Numbered from the stretch's first letter, positions 47,803 through 58,184 are shown. The stretch: DNA of 64,000 nt from an uncultured Bacteriovoracaceae bacterium (GCA_964364175.1 CAYILR010000003.1:64097-128096); one strand, 5' to 3'. Translations and numbers: made by a program. Notes: generated by a model not told the origin, from the sequence alone.

Positions 47803-48769
47803 CGCCGCTCTTTTGAAAGGTTTGTAACTTTGACATCAGCAACTGATCGTATTTTTTTTTCATTTCGTCTGGCAAAAAACTATTTTCCAAAACAGTTTTC
47901 ATTCCAGGAACAGCATCCAAAATCCTTTTGAAACTGTTTTCGATCGCTTTAGGCTCTATCTCTAAATTCTCCCCCAGAGCGACAAAATCCTTGCGTCTGA
48001 TCTTCGTTTTCTTTCCATTAACCGTGAGCGCCAAGTCCTCACGATCTGCAGGCAATAAAATCTTTGTGGACAATAGGTCATAGGCCGGCGAAAGCACGAT
48101 TTCATCCTCTACATTTCTGATGAGTGAAAAATTCTTTAAATGCATATCCGCATTCCCAACAACGAACGAGAACAAAATCAAATCAAAAAAAGCCACCGCG
48201 TCCAAACCTGGATTGGATGAAAATTTTAAAATAATCTTTCCCGCCTTCTCGGTCGAAGTATCGTATTTCGACTCGGTCAATAATCCGCTCAACTGGCAGA
48301 AATCCTCCGTAGCGATTTTCTTTTTAGTCTTTTTCTCCCGATCAAACCGACGCGTCACATAGACCAACTCTCCCGACCTGAGCTGAATCAGACCGTGGCG
48401 AGCTGTCGTAATTCCAGCAACCTCTGCCATGTGCATCGTCACATCTTCGACCAAAGAAATGAGCGGAAATCTCTCAGTAGGAGGCTTTAAAATATATTCC
48501 CCCCACAAACCCACAATCATCAACCGATGGCTGGGATTGTTTTTACGTTTTTCTAAATCCACAGAAATTTTGGCTTGTACGCCCGTAATGCCGAGATGTT
48601 GACTCAAAGATGACTTGGTCATTTCCTCAAGTTCATCAATTCCAAAACCAACAAGAGGAGGAGCTTCAGTGGCAAATAGTTTTTTGCTACACTTGTTGTG
48701 ATAATTTCCCGAATGTACACCCGAATCCAAAGACTGGTAGCATCCGAAACATTTTTCCGAGCGTTTCAT
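47792..48769 (-). CDS. hipT: HipT-like toxin kinase (HipA C-terminal Ser/Thr kinase core without the HipA N-subdomain)
   Basis: 325 aa. HipA catalytic motif VVGNADMHLKNFSLI and ATP-binding region ...GVQAKISV... 4-bp overlap with the upstream hipS-like gene; 11-bp convergent overlap with pepN. Confidence 0.8.
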   Translation of the reverse strand: MKRSEKCFGCYQSLDSGVHSGNYHNKCSKKLFATEAPPLVGFGIDELEEMTKSSLSQHLGITGVQAKISVDLEKRKNNPSHRLMIVGLWGEYILKPPTERFPLISLVEDVTMHMAEVAGITTARHGLIQLRSGELVYVTRRFDREKKTKKKIATEDFCQLSGLLTESKYDTSTEKAGKIILKFSSNPGLDAVAFFDLILFSFVVGNADMHLKNFSLIRNVEDEIVLSPAYDLLSTKILLPADREDLALTVNGKKTKIRRKDFVALGENLEIEPKAIENSFKRILDAVPGMKTVLENSFLPDEMKKKYDQLLMSKLQTFQKSGANA

Positions 48770-49119
48770 TCCTGCTCGCTTTCATCCGGCACAACACTCA
48801 CATTCCCAATACAATCCTTGCACGCCAGCAACAACAAACTCATTCGATCGCGTGAGTCGATTTTCCAGTTGTTCGTGATGATATTCAACATCCAGCCTTC
48901 GGGAATCAACCCATCAAAAAATGGAATCATCGTTTTCTGTTCATAGGGCTCATCTCGAATCCGCAATGTCAAACTCACTGATCTTGCAGTTTTTTTTTGG
49001 CGATATTTTTCGTCATAAGCAAAAGTATACAGACCCTCTCGCTGTTCAATCATCCCAGCAAAATCATCATCGACATAAACTTTGCCCCGTCTTCGAATCT
49101 GTTTTGATTGAGCCATCAC
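48766..49119 (-). CDS. hipS: HipS-like protein (HipA N-terminal subdomain encoded as a separate ORF)
   Basis: 117 aa. ...LYTFAYDEKYRQKKTARSVSLTLRIRDEPYEQKTMIPFFDGLIPEGW... matches HipA_N/couple_hipA (LPEG motif). ATGA overlaps on both sides. Confidence 0.75.
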   Translation of the reverse strand: MMAQSKQIRRRGKVYVDDDFAGMIEQREGLYTFAYDEKYRQKKTARSVSLTLRIRDEPYEQKTMIPFFDGLIPEGWMLNIITNNWKIDSRDRMSLLLLACKDCIGNVSVVPDESEQE

Positions 49120-49325
49120 TCAATCTCCCGCTTGAGCGGCAAAGGACCCACGGTATGACCAAAAAGCCTCAAAATTTGATCCACCTTATCTAGACGCAAA
49201 GTCGGCTTGCTGCTTTCAACCTCACGCACAAAACGCAGCCCCACCCCCGCACGCTCCGCTAGTTCTGCTTGAGTGAGACGAGCCTGCTTGCGTTTTGTTT
49301 TGATGAATTTGGCCAATTCGCTCAT
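49116..49325 (-). CDS. hipB: HipB-like XRE-family HTH antitoxin/repressor
   Basis: 69 aa. ...RKQARLTQAELAERAGVGLRFVREVESSKPT is a classical XRE HTH. First gene of a three-gene overlapping module. Confidence 0.8.
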   Translation of the reverse strand: MSELAKFIKTKRKQARLTQAELAERAGVGLRFVREVESSKPTLRLDKVDQILRLFGHTVGPLPLKREIE

Positions 49326-49333
49326 ACCTCTAA

Positions 49334-49434
49334 CTATACCCGAACGGGTATAGTTTTGAAGTAAAATGTTTTTTTCGTACCCGAAAGGGTATAATTTGAC
49401 TTAAAAAGCAGTTTTTATACCCGATCAGGTATAA
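49334..49434 (-). promoter_or_regulatory. Three palindromic operator-like repeats TA(TA)CCCG-N3/4-(C)GGGTATA upstream of the hipB-hipS-hipT module
   Basis: CTATACCCGAACGGGTATAG (49334-49353), TACCCGAAAGGGTA (49378-49391) and TATACCCGATCAGGTATA (49417-49434), spaced about 40 bp apart; SD GAGGT lies before the hipB ATG. Confidence 0.55.
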
Positions 49435-49568
49435 AAATACTTATTCTAGAATTTTCCGAGGACCCAAGACCGCAAGAAACGCATAACTCTGCCGAGCCTC
49501 CACATCGCCAATTTCTGGATCCGCCAACATCGCAGCCTGCAATTTTTTTAACTCACTCTTTTTTTTAA

Positions 49569-49985
49569 CTATACCTGATCGGGAATTGAAGAAAGAAACT
49601 CGACCTGAATCTGTTCAACTCCTGTAAAATGCCGATCAGAAGTGAGAAGCACTCCACCAACTGACATACAACTAGCCGCTATCCAAATGTCGTTGGTTGG
49701 AATAGGTGTTCCTTTTTTCCGAAGACTTGCAAAAATATCCCCGAACTTTCTAGCAACATCCATATCCACAGGAATCACTTGCACGTCATATTTTTCAATA
49801 AACTGATCAAGTCGCTTGAGATTTGTCTCAAATCGCTTCCCATGACGAAATCCATAATAAAGTTCTCCATACACAACCGCAGGCAAATAAAGAACCGTAG
49901 CATGTTCAACCTGCTCGAGAGCTTGCTCTTGAGCCATGTCACAAAGACAATAAGCGTTGGTATCTAAAACCAATTTCATTTCCAC
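49569..49985 (-). CDS. vapC: PIN-domain toxin VapC
   Basis: 138 aa. N-terminal LVLDTNAY and conserved acidic residues (D..., ...TSDRHF) of the PIN fold. Confidence 0.8.
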   Translation of the reverse strand: MEMKLVLDTNAYCLCDMAQEQALEQVEHATVLYLPAVVYGELYYGFRHGKRFETNLKRLDQFIEKYDVQVIPVDMDVARKFGDIFASLRKKGTPIPTNDIWIAASCMSVGGVLLTSDRHFTGVEQIQVEFLSSIPDQV

Positions 49986-50230
49986 ATTTCCTCATCGACT
50001 GACGAAAAATCGCCCGTAACTTTTTTGAATTCCTCATACTGAGAAGGCGTCATTTTCCCAAAAAAACTACGCACATTTCGATGAATCCTACTCGAGGGAC
50101 GTCCGGAATAAAAAGCACTCATCAGGGCCTCAAGAACCACAGAGGTTTTAGTGGTATTTTTTTTCTTAGCTTCCCTTTGTATAGCTTTCTCTAATTCAGG
50201 AGGAAGTTTGCGAATACTTAGATGAGCCAT
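49976..50230 (-). CDS. vapB: VapB-like antitoxin (ribbon-helix-helix / FitA-like)
   Basis: 84 aa. N-terminal MAHLSIRKLPPELEKAIQREAKKKNTTKTSVVLEAL is RHH-like. 10-bp overlap with vapC. The inverted repeat AATACATG...CATATGTATT (50233-50258) upstream is a putative operator. Confidence 0.7.
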   Translation of the reverse strand: MAHLSIRKLPPELEKAIQREAKKKNTTKTSVVLEALMSAFYSGRPSSRIHRNVRSFFGKMTPSQYEEFKKVTGDFSSVDEEMWK

Positions 50231-50314
50231 AATACATGTACTCCCATATGTATTTCATTGTGGTACAATCTGAACTACAAAGTCAAGTGGTTTTAAAAAG
50301 AGCCGTTATTCGTA

Positions 50315-51610
50315 TCACTCAACCCTCTCCAGCCAATCCGAATCAATCACCTCAAATTGAACATCCTCAAGCTTCTCAGACAAATGACAGGTCTTCCATT
50401 TCAACTTAAGCTCAGTAAGCTGGCGTTGAGCTTCACGCTCAGAAAGCGAACCCCATTTCACTTCGGCAACCACAGGCTTACCGCGATGAAAAGGAGAGCT
50501 GGGGCAAACTAAATCAAACTCTGCACCTTGCTCCCAATAACGTGAAGAACTCGGAAAACCACTCCTGATGTAATCTTCAAAAACACCACTCGCAAAGTCC
50601 GAAATCAGCTTCTTCTTTTTAGACAAATCATATTGAGACCACATCACTCGATGAGGGGAATAGACATTAAACCAAAACCGGAGAGCGGGATCAGCGATCT
50701 TGTACAAAACTCTTTTAGTGGACTTATGACTTTCTCCAAATGGAATTTCTTTTCGAATCAGATTTGCGTCCAGAAGCTGCTGAATCAAGCGAGATAAATT
50801 GGTCTGATTCGTACCGAGTCGCGACGCCATCTCCGAGGGTCGATGCGCCCCGCGACCAATCACCTCGAGCAGATTGACCGCGCTGGCTGTGTCAGTCTTT
50901 TCGTCCCTCATCACACGGTGAGGCTCGTCATCCATATAGGGAGCTGTTGAAAAATAAAGCTCTTCCGCGACATCGACAGATTTCATTTTCACATCTAAGA
51001 ATTCCCAATATTTTGGGATCCCGCCCACCATAGAATATTTGCAAAACGTCTCTGAATCGGACTTTTTCCAACCAAAAAGATCACAAAAAGCCGTATAGTT
51101 CATAGGCTTGATTTGGATGATTTTCTGCGCTCTCCCATAAAGAGGGGCCTGTGAATTCAGAAAAACACTATGCATCATTTTTTGGCTGGATCCGCTGAGT
51201 ATCAAAAAAACGTCCTCTTTTTTCTTATGATCCCACCATCTTTGGAGAACGCTTGGCAGTGATGGATCTGATTCTACCCAATATGAAAATTCATCAAAAG
51301 CCAAGAAGAGGGGTTTTGTATAAAGCTCCAGCAACTCAAAAAACTCACTCCAGGTTTTGGGGGTAATGTCCGTTTTGAGATGCTGTTTGATATCCTGATA
51401 AGCCTGCTGAATCTGTACTTCCCGTGATGCTTCAATCGCCTGTGTGTAAAATCCACCTTGATGAGAGATCCAGTGCTTGATCAGACGTGTCTTTCCAACT
51501 CGTCTGCGACCATACAAAACCAACATCCCAAATTTTCGGCTTAGTTGATCGAGTTCTTTGAGTTCGTTTTTTCGGTTAACAAAATCTAGCTTCATAGCAA
51601 AGGTCCTCAA
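50315..51610 (-). CDS. ATP-binding protein, Arch_ATPase (AAA_16-like) + DUF234 family
   Basis: 431 aa. Walker A YGRRRVGKTRLI and Walker B-like FLAFDEFSY; the C-terminal region is typical of DUF234. Confidence 0.8.
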   Translation of the reverse strand: MRTFAMKLDFVNRKNELKELDQLSRKFGMLVLYGRRRVGKTRLIKHWISHQGGFYTQAIEASREVQIQQAYQDIKQHLKTDITPKTWSEFFELLELYTKPLFLAFDEFSYWVESDPSLPSVLQRWWDHKKKEDVFLILSGSSQKMMHSVFLNSQAPLYGRAQKIIQIKPMNYTAFCDLFGWKKSDSETFCKYSMVGGIPKYWEFLDVKMKSVDVAEELYFSTAPYMDDEPHRVMRDEKTDTASAVNLLEVIGRGAHRPSEMASRLGTNQTNLSRLIQQLLDANLIRKEIPFGESHKSTKRVLYKIADPALRFWFNVYSPHRVMWSQYDLSKKKKLISDFASGVFEDYIRSGFPSSSRYWEQGAEFDLVCPSSPFHRGKPVVAEVKWGSLSEREAQRQLTELKLKWKTCHLSEKLEDVQFEVIDSDWLERVE

Positions 51611-51709
51611 AATATATTATGCATGACAATCATTATGTATAACAATCATAATATTAAAAACTCGCGACTTCACAATACGATTTGATTTTGACGCAGTTTT
51701 TGACCCCAT

Positions 51710-51749
51710 AAAACAAAAAGGCCGACTCGGTATTCCCAAGTCGGCCCTT
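51710..51749 (-). terminator. Rho-independent terminator downstream of rplQ
   Basis: On the minus strand, GGCCGACT-N11-AGTCGGCC hairpin followed by TTTTTGTTTT. Confidence 0.7.
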
Positions 51750-51775
51750 TAAATTTTTTATTCCCCAACGATAAC

Positions 51776-52372
51776 TTAAGCGCTACCGCCGGCTTTGCTT
51801 CCGCCGCCACCTGCAGCAGGAGTTCTCTTCGCAGCGCCGCCGCCCGAAGCAGCACGGTGTTTACCGCCGCCGCCTTGAACTTTGGACTTGTTGTTGAAGA
51901 GTTTACGGAATTTGGAGAATGGATCTTTGGGTGTAGCTTCTTTTTTCTCAGCGCCCGCTTCGCCTTCAGCTCCTTCTACAGCAGCTTTGACTTTGCGTTT
52001 GCGATCGATCGGAGGATGATCCACAAGCTCAAGAACAGCCATCTCAGCAGCATCGCCCCAACGACGATCAGAGAGCTTCAATACGCGAGTGTATCCACCT
52101 GCGCGCTCTTTGTAGCGTTCTGCCAAGGTGCTAAAAAGCTTCTTCACCACTTCTTCGTCGCGAGTTCTAGCGAAAGCCAGACGGCGAGTATTCAGGGTGT
52201 TCTTTTTGCCCAAGGTGATCAAACGATCAACCACTCGGCGTGTTTCTTTTGCCTTTTGAAGTGTGGTCACGATTTGTTCTTGCAACACCACTGAGTTTGC
52301 AATGTTTTTGAACATAGCAACTCTGTGCGAAGTGTTTCTACCAAACTTACGACCATCTACACCGTGTCTCAT
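51776..52372 (-). CDS. rplQ: 50S ribosomal protein L17 with a Gly/Lys/Ala-rich C-terminal extension
   Basis: N-terminal [17 protein letters not shown]... canonical L17. ~70-aa tail ...[35 protein letters not shown]. Confidence 0.95.
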   Translation of the reverse strand: MRHGVDGRKFGRNTSHRVAMFKNIANSVVLQEQIVTTLQKAKETRRVVDRLITLGKKNTLNTRRLAFARTRDEEVVKKLFSTLAERYKERAGGYTRVLKLSDRRWGDAAEMAVLELVDHPPIDRKRKVKAAVEGAEGEAGAEKKEATPKDPFSKFRKLFNNKSKVQGGGGKHRAASGGGAAKRTPAAGGGGSKAGGSA

Positions 52373-52408
52373 ATCAAATTCCTAACTGCTAACTCTAGTT
52401 CTTAGAGC

Positions 52409-53488
52409 TTACGCTTCATCATCAAAATCGTCGTCGCCTTCGTCTTCGCCCTCAGCCTTATTGGCCAAGCGACTTTCGTCCGCTTCTGAATCTGCTGCTT
52501 TATGCGGCTGACTTGGAGCTACGAAGCCATCCAGCTTCATTCCCAGGCTCAATCCCATTTCTTGGAGGATATCTTTGATTTCGTTCAAAGACTTGCGTCC
52601 GAAGTTTTTGGTTTTGAGCATTTCGTTTTCGGTTTTTTGAACCAATTCGTGGATGTACTTGATGTTGGCGTTTTGCAAACAGTTTGCGGAACGCACAGAC
52701 AATTCCAATTCTTCCACAGAACGATACAAATTCGGATTGAACTGAGGAGAACGATCATCACTCGTTTGAGTCATGGCTTCTGGTTCTTCTTCGAAGTTCA
52801 AGAAAACAGACAATTGGTCTTTCAGGATTTTGGATCCCAAAGCCACTGCATCTTCGGGCTTCACGGAACCATCGGTCCAGACTTCCATCGTCAGTTTATC
52901 AAAGTCGGTTTTTTGGCCAACGCGGCTTTGGGTCACAGTGTAGTTGATTCGTCGAATCGGCGAAAAGAAACTATCCACTGGAATCCAGCCCACAGGCATG
53001 TCTTCTTTTTTGTTCGTTTCAGCAGGCTGATATCCACGGCCACGAGCGACTTTGACTTCTACACGGAGTTTTCCGCCTTTTCCCAAAGTAGCGATGTGTT
53101 GATCTGGGTTCAAAACACGAACGTGCTCAGAAACCACGATATCAGAAGCTTTCACAGTGCCCGGACCCGACTTCTCAATGACTACAGTCGTTTCCTCAGT
53201 AAACAGAACAAAACGAACTTCTTTCAAGTTCAAAATGATTTCAGCAACGTCTTCGGTCACATCAGGAATCGCTGTGAACTCATGCAGAGAGGTATCGAAC
53301 TTCACGGATACGATTGCAGCCCCTTGCAGAGAGGACAACATTACTCGTCGCAAAGAGTTCCCTAGAGTCAGACCGAAGCCGCGCTCCAAGGGTTTTGCGA
53401 TGAATTTTCCGTAGGACGACGTGAGACTTTCTTTGTCTACATCGAGTGCCTTCGGCTTAATCAGATCACGCCAGTTCTTTTCAATCAT
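52409..53488 (-). CDS. rpoA: DNA-directed RNA polymerase alpha subunit with an acidic C-terminal tail
   Basis: 359 aa. Canonical alpha NTD/CTD; tail ...[25 protein letters not shown]. Confidence 0.95.
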   Translation of the reverse strand: MIEKNWRDLIKPKALDVDKESLTSSYGKFIAKPLERGFGLTLGNSLRRVMLSSLQGAAIVSVKFDTSLHEFTAIPDVTEDVAEIILNLKEVRFVLFTEETTVVIEKSGPGTVKASDIVVSEHVRVLNPDQHIATLGKGGKLRVEVKVARGRGYQPAETNKKEDMPVGWIPVDSFFSPIRRINYTVTQSRVGQKTDFDKLTMEVWTDGSVKPEDAVALGSKILKDQLSVFLNFEEEPEAMTQTSDDRSPQFNPNLYRSVEELELSVRSANCLQNANIKYIHELVQKTENEMLKTKNFGRKSLNEIKDILQEMGLSLGMKLDGFVAPSQPHKAADSEADESRLANKAEGEDEGDDDFDDEA

Positions 53489-53549
53489 GATGCTTTCTCC
53501 TGAGTACTTTTTACGAATACTAATTTAGTTATTTTTTAAAATTAATAAC

Positions 53550-54176
53550 CTATTTTGAATACAACTCAACAACCATTCGCTCTTCCATCGGCGCAGTGAC
53601 ATCATCACGCGATGGCAAATCCCGAATTCGGGCTTTGAGTTGAGCAGCTTCGAGCTCCAACCATTGTGGAATTTCACGACGCTTTACGGCTTCAATCGCA
53701 CCGTTGATGCGTGCAACTCCGCGGCTCTTCTCACGAATCTCAACCATATCCCCTTTTTCCACGAGGTAAGAAGGAATGTTGACTCGTTTGCCATTCACCA
53801 AGAAGTGTCCATGTCGAACCAACTGGCGCGCTTCTGAGCGGGAATTTGCAAACCCCGAACGATAGGCCACATTGTCCAAACGTCTTTCGAGCATGCTGAT
53901 CAAGTTGGCACCGGTGATGCCTTTGGTTCGATCTGCTTTTTCGAATACGCTGCGGAATTGTTTTTCCATCAGGCCGTACATTCTTTTGATTTTTTGCTTT
54001 TCACGAAGCTGTAAACCGTACTCAGAGAACTTGATACGGCCTTGGCCATGTTGCCCAGGCGGATAACCACGACGCTCGAACGCGCACTTATCCGTGTAGC
54101 AACGATCGCCCTTCAAAAAGAGCTTTTGATTTTCACGGCGACAAAGCCGACAAACTGAACCACAATCACGTGCCAT
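53550..54176 (-). CDS. rpsD: 30S ribosomal protein S4
   Basis: [15 protein letters not shown]... zinc-ribbon N-terminus typical of S4; 208 aa. Confidence 0.95.
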   Translation of the reverse strand: MARDCGSVCRLCRRENQKLFLKGDRCYTDKCAFERRGYPPGQHGQGRIKFSEYGLQLREKQKIKRMYGLMEKQFRSVFEKADRTKGITGANLISMLERRLDNVAYRSGFANSRSEARQLVRHGHFLVNGKRVNIPSYLVEKGDMVEIREKSRGVARINGAIEAVKRREIPQWLELEAAQLKARIRDLPSRDDVTAPMEERMVVELYSK

Positions 54177-54181
54177 ACTGA

Positions 54182-54658
54182 TTAAACCCTTCTACGCTTC
54201 GGAGGACGACATCCGTTATGAGGGATGGGAGTCGTGTCTTCAATATAGGTTACCCTCAAGCCAGCGGAAGAAATTGCGCGCAGAGCCGATTCACGACCTG
54301 CACCCGGACCACTGACAAAAACTTGAACGCTGCGAACACCATTGTCCGCTGCTTTGCGAGCTGCATCTTCAGCAGCTACCTGTGCAGCAAACGGAGTGTT
54401 CTTACGTGAGCCTTTGAATCCTTTACCACCAGCACTTGCCCAGCAAATGGCGTTCCCCATTGCGTCGGTCACGGTGATAATAGTGTTATTAAATGTGGAA
54501 AGAATATAAAAATTGCCGTTAGCAACGTTCTTCTTGCCTTTTTTGATCTTACGAACTGCATCAGTACCTGCTGCAACAACATCGCCTTTGACTTCTGTCT
54601 TAGGAGCTTCTGTTTTTGCGCTTTCTTGTTTAACTTCGCTCTGTTTTACTTCAGACAT
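54182..54658 (-). CDS. rpsK: 30S ribosomal protein S11 with a ~28-aa N-terminal extension
   Basis: Core ...[15 protein letters not shown]... Extension [25 protein letters not shown] contains a tandem SEVKQ repeat. Confidence 0.95.
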   Translation of the reverse strand: MSEVKQSEVKQESAKTEAPKTEVKGDVVAAGTDAVRKIKKGKKNVANGNFYILSTFNNTIITVTDAMGNAICWASAGGKGFKGSRKNTPFAAQVAAEDAARKAADNGVRSVQVFVSGPGAGRESALRAISSAGLRVTYIEDTTPIPHNGCRPPKRRRV

Positions 54659-54659
54659 A

Positions 54660-55043
54660 TTACTTCATCGCTTTCACTGATTTTTTACCAGCAATTGCCA
54701 CTGCAGGACCTTTACGAGTTCTGGCATTGGAATGGGTTCTTTGACCACGGACCGGCAAGCCTTTGCGATGGCGAACACCGCGATAGCAACCCAAGTCCAC
54801 AAGACGTTTGATGTTCAGGCTGACTTCTCGACGAAGGTCACCCTCTACTTTGTAAGCTCTTTCTAAAATTTCACGAATCTTAGCCACTTCAACTTCCGAT
54901 AATTCATCGGAGTTACGACTCAAAGGAATCGATGCTTCAGTCAAGATGCGTTTGGAAATATTTTTCCCGATCCCATAGATATAGGTCAGGGCTACTTCCA
55001 TTCTTTTGTTCCGAGGTAAATCTACGCCAGCGATACGAGCCAC
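54660..55043 (-). CDS. rpsM: 30S ribosomal protein S13
   Basis: [26 protein letters not shown]... canonical S13. Confidence 0.95.
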   Translation of the reverse strand: MARIAGVDLPRNKRMEVALTYIYGIGKNISKRILTEASIPLSRNSDELSEVEVAKIREILERAYKVEGDLRREVSLNIKRLVDLGCYRGVRHRKGLPVRGQRTHSNARTRKGPAVAIAGKKSVKAMK

Positions 55044-55061
55044 TTGTCAGTCCTTTCTCTT

Positions 55062-55175
55062 AGCCTTGTCTTTGTTTATGACGGGGGTTATCGCAAATCA
55101 CTCTCACCACCCCGCGGCGGCGGATCACTTTGCACTTATCACAAATCTTTTTAACCGATGCTCTAACTTTCATTT
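55062..55175 (-). CDS. rpmJ: 50S ribosomal protein L36
   Basis: Not in the ORF track (<60 aa). Manual translation gives [37 protein letters not shown], 37 aa with a Cys4 zinc ribbon, between rpsM and infA. Confidence 0.9.
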
Positions 55176-55195
55176 TCTTTCCTTCTGCTTACTAC

Positions 55196-55414
55196 TTACT
55201 TCACTCGGTAAGTAATTCTCCCGCGGGTCAAATCGTAGGGAGACATTTCTACCGTCACTTTGTCACCTGGGAGAATTTTAATGTAATGCATTCGCATTTT
55301 TCCGGAAATATGCGCCAGAATTTTATGCCCGTTGGGTAGCTCTACTTTAAACATCGCGTTTGGCAGAGGCTCAATCACGGTTCCTTCAATCTGAATCGCA
55401 TCTTCTTTCGACAT
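55196..55414 (-). CDS. infA: Translation initiation factor IF-1
   Basis: 72 aa, [41 protein letters not shown]... Confidence 0.95.
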   Translation of the reverse strand: MSKEDAIQIEGTVIEPLPNAMFKVELPNGHKILAHISGKMRMHYIKILPGDKVTVEMSPYDLTRGRITYRVK

Positions 55415-55472
55415 ATTTTCCGTACTCTAAAAAAGCTCCTTATTAAACAAATTCTATTCAATACTCTTCTAT

Positions 55473-56228
55473 TTACTCAGGACAAACCGTGAGAATCTCA
55501 GGTTCACCCTTCGTTATGGCAATCGTGTGCTCAAAATGAGCCGAAAGCGAACGATCCCTAGTTACCGCTGTCCACCCGTCACTCAAAACCTTGACGTCCG
55601 GGCGTCCAATATTCACCATGGGCTCGATTGCGATTACCATTCCAGCTTTCAAGGGGATACCTTTCCCTTGAGTTCCGAAATTAGGAACCGACGGCTCTTC
55701 GTGCAAAGCACGACCTATGCCATGACCGACGAACTCACGTACCACGCTGTAGCCAAAGCTTTCAACATAATTCTGCACGGCGTGACCAATATCCGAGACC
55801 CTTTTTCCCTCGTGGCATTGCTCGATGCCCTTCATCAGACTTTCCTGAGTGACTTTCATCAGTTGAGTGGCCTGTGCAGAGACTTTGCCCACAGCTACAG
55901 TCTTGGCTGAATCTCCATACCAACCCTCAAAAATGGTCCCAAAATCGAGTCCAACAATATCCCCTTCCTGCAAAACACGCCTTTTATTGGGGATTCCATG
56001 CACAACCTCATCATTGACTGAAATACAGACCGTTGAAGGGAACCCTCGATAGCCTTTAAATGCTGGTTTTACACCCAATTCCTTGCAGCGTTTTTCAGCA
56101 TATTCATCCAAATCTCCTGTGCTCATGCCGGGGGTGACTCGCTTCTCTAATTCGACCAAAATCCGCGCTACCGCTTGGCAAGCAACGCGCATTTTTGCAA
56201 TTTCCTCTTGAGTCTTGAGAGTAATCAT
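55473..56228 (-). CDS. map: Methionine aminopeptidase type I
   Basis: 251 aa with conserved metal ligands (…DIVGLDFG…, …HGIG…, …EPM…). Confidence 0.95.
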   Translation of the reverse strand: MITLKTQEEIAKMRVACQAVARILVELEKRVTPGMSTGDLDEYAEKRCKELGVKPAFKGYRGFPSTVCISVNDEVVHGIPNKRRVLQEGDIVGLDFGTIFEGWYGDSAKTVAVGKVSAQATQLMKVTQESLMKGIEQCHEGKRVSDIGHAVQNYVESFGYSVVREFVGHGIGRALHEEPSVPNFGTQGKGIPLKAGMVIAIEPMVNIGRPDVKVLSDGWTAVTRDRSLSAHFEHTIAITKGEPEILTVCPE

Positions 56229-56241
56229 TTCAGCGCCTCTG

Positions 56242-56883
56242 TCATTTCAATGCCAATTCAACCTGTTTTTGAACATCAGCCATGCTCTGAGTTGCATCGA
56301 TTTCTCGGAGAATATTTTTTTTGCGATAATATTCTGCAACTGGCGCGGTTTGCGCATGATAAACACCAATTCTTTTTTGAATCACTTCGACTTGATCATC
56401 GTCTCGATGAGTCAGGGGCGAGCCGCACTGATCACAAACGCCCTCTTTTTTCGAGGGAGAAGAGGTCACGTGATACATCGCTCCACATTTTACACAAGTA
56501 CGGCGACCCGACAATCGCGCAACTAATTCTTGATCTGGAATTTTAAAAAAAACAACTCGCTCAATTTTTTTTGAATTTTTATTTAATAATTCATCCAAAG
56601 CTTCCGCTTGCACAGCGGTGCGAGGAAATCCATCCAAAATAAATCCGCTCGCACAATCAGCTTGCTGGCTGCGCTCACGAATCAAACCAATGACCACAGC
56701 ATCCGGAACAAGCCCGCCTTGATCCATGAATGACTTAGCTTCTTTCCCCAGTTGTGTTCCGGCAGAAATAGCTGAACGCAGCATATCGCCCGTCGAAAGC
56801 TGCGGCCACTTTTTCTCTCCAGTAATCCGCTTGGCCTGAGTGCCTTTGCCTGATCCTGGGGGACCGAGGAAAATAATGTTCAT
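56242..56883 (-). CDS. adk: Adenylate kinase
   Basis: MNIIFLGPPGSGKGTQ P-loop and a zinc-lid CxxC...CxxC. Overlaps secY by 4 bp. Confidence 0.95.
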   Translation of the reverse strand: MNIIFLGPPGSGKGTQAKRITGEKKWPQLSTGDMLRSAISAGTQLGKEAKSFMDQGGLVPDAVVIGLIRERSQQADCASGFILDGFPRTAVQAEALDELLNKNSKKIERVVFFKIPDQELVARLSGRRTCVKCGAMYHVTSSPSKKEGVCDQCGSPLTHRDDDQVEVIQKRIGVYHAQTAPVAEYYRKKNILREIDATQSMADVQKQVELALK

Positions 56884-58184
56884 GTATAGGCCGCCCGACC
56901 CTTCACACGAGTGTGCTTCATGAAACCTTCGTAGTTACGGCTCAACAAGAATGTCTCAACCTGAGCGACCGTATCCAAAGCCACGCCGACCAGAATCAAG
57001 ATACTGGTTCCACCAAAATAAAATGGAACTTTCAGCGTCTGAGTGAAAAGAGTCGGCAAAACGCAAATTGCAGAAATGTACACCGCTCCACCTAGAGTAA
57101 TCCGGGACAAAACATAGTCGATGTAATCTGCAGTAGGCTTTCCGGGACGAATTCCAGGGATAAATCCACCGTATTTTTTGAGATTATCCGCTACGTCTTC
57201 CGTTTTAAACGCAACTGCTGTGTAAAAATAGCAGAAAAACACGATCAAACTGACAAACATGATCTCATACAGCAATGCACCCGGTTGAAGTTGAGAAGTA
57301 ATTTTTTGTAACCATCCAGCATGGACAAAAGTCGCAAAAGTGGCAGGGAACATAATCAAAGACGAAGCGAAAATAGGAGGAATCACGCCCGATGTATTGA
57401 CCTTCAAAGGCAAGTGCGTATTCTGACCGCCATAGACTTTACGCCCCACAATTCGCTTTGCATATTGAACAGGAATTCTCCTTGCCCCACGTTCGATAAA
57501 AATAATGATAAAGAACGTTCCAGCTGCGAGTGCGCCGAAAAGCAAGATTTTGAAAAAGCTCAATTCACCCGAACGATACAGGCTGAATGCGCTTCCAATT
57601 CCAGAGGGAATGCGTGCTGCAATCCCAGCAAAAATCAAAAGCGAAATTCCGTTTCCGATTCCACGCTCAGAAATTTGTTCGCCCAGCCACATCAAAAAGA
57701 TGGTACCGGCTGATAATGTAATCGTGGTCAAAACCCGAAACGCCCAGCCCGGATGCGTCACCACCGGGGGTTGAGCATAATGCTCCAAGCCCGCAGCAAT
57801 GGAATATCCTTGAATAATACAAAGCAACACAGCTCCATACCGGGTATATTGCGTGATCTTTTTTCGGCCTTGCTCACCTTCTTTTTGAAGATCACCTAGA
57901 TAAGGCCACACCACTGTCAGCAACTGAAAAATAATTGAGCTGCTGATATAAGGGGCAACTCCCAGAGCAAAAATACTGAAGCGCTCAAGAGCTCCACCCG
58001 AAAACAAGTTGAACCACCCAAAGATGGTGCCTTTCATATTGGCAAAAACAGCCTGGAGCGCTGCGCCGTCCACACCGGGAGTCGGAATATGCACACCGAT
58101 CCGGTACACAGCCAACACCCCTAAAGTGAAAAGAATTCGTTTACGAAGCTCTTCGATTTTAACTAAGCCGCCGATTCCAGACAT
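56880..58184 (-). CDS. secY: Preprotein translocase subunit SecY
   Basis: 434 aa, ten predicted TM helices, canonical SecY N-terminus. Confidence 0.95.
   Translation of the reverse strand: MSGIGGLVKIEELRKRILFTLGVLAVYRIGVHIPTPGVDGAALQAVFANMKGTIFGWFNLFSGGALERFSIFALGVAPYISSSIIFQLLTVVWPYLGDLQKEGEQGRKKITQYTRYGAVLLCIIQGYSIAAGLEHYAQPPVVTHPGWAFRVLTTITLSAGTIFLMWLGEQISERGIGNGISLLIFAGIAARIPSGIGSAFSLYRSGELSFFKILLFGALAAGTFFIIIFIERGARRIPVQYAKRIVGRKVYGGQNTHLPLKVNTSGVIPPIFASSLIMFPATFATFVHAGWLQKITSQLQPGALLYEIMFVSLIVFFCYFYTAVAFKTEDVADNLKKYGGFIPGIRPGKPTADYIDYVLSRITLGGAVYISAICVLPTLFTQTLKVPFYFGGTSILILVGVALDTVAQVETFLLSRNYEGFMKHTRVKGRAAYT

Noticed and set aside
52502-53365. 287-aa plus ORF, plus 57321-57713 and 59238-59561 plus-strand ORFs
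   Set aside because: Antisense to rpoA, secY and rpsE respectively; housekeeping genes with unambiguous frames.
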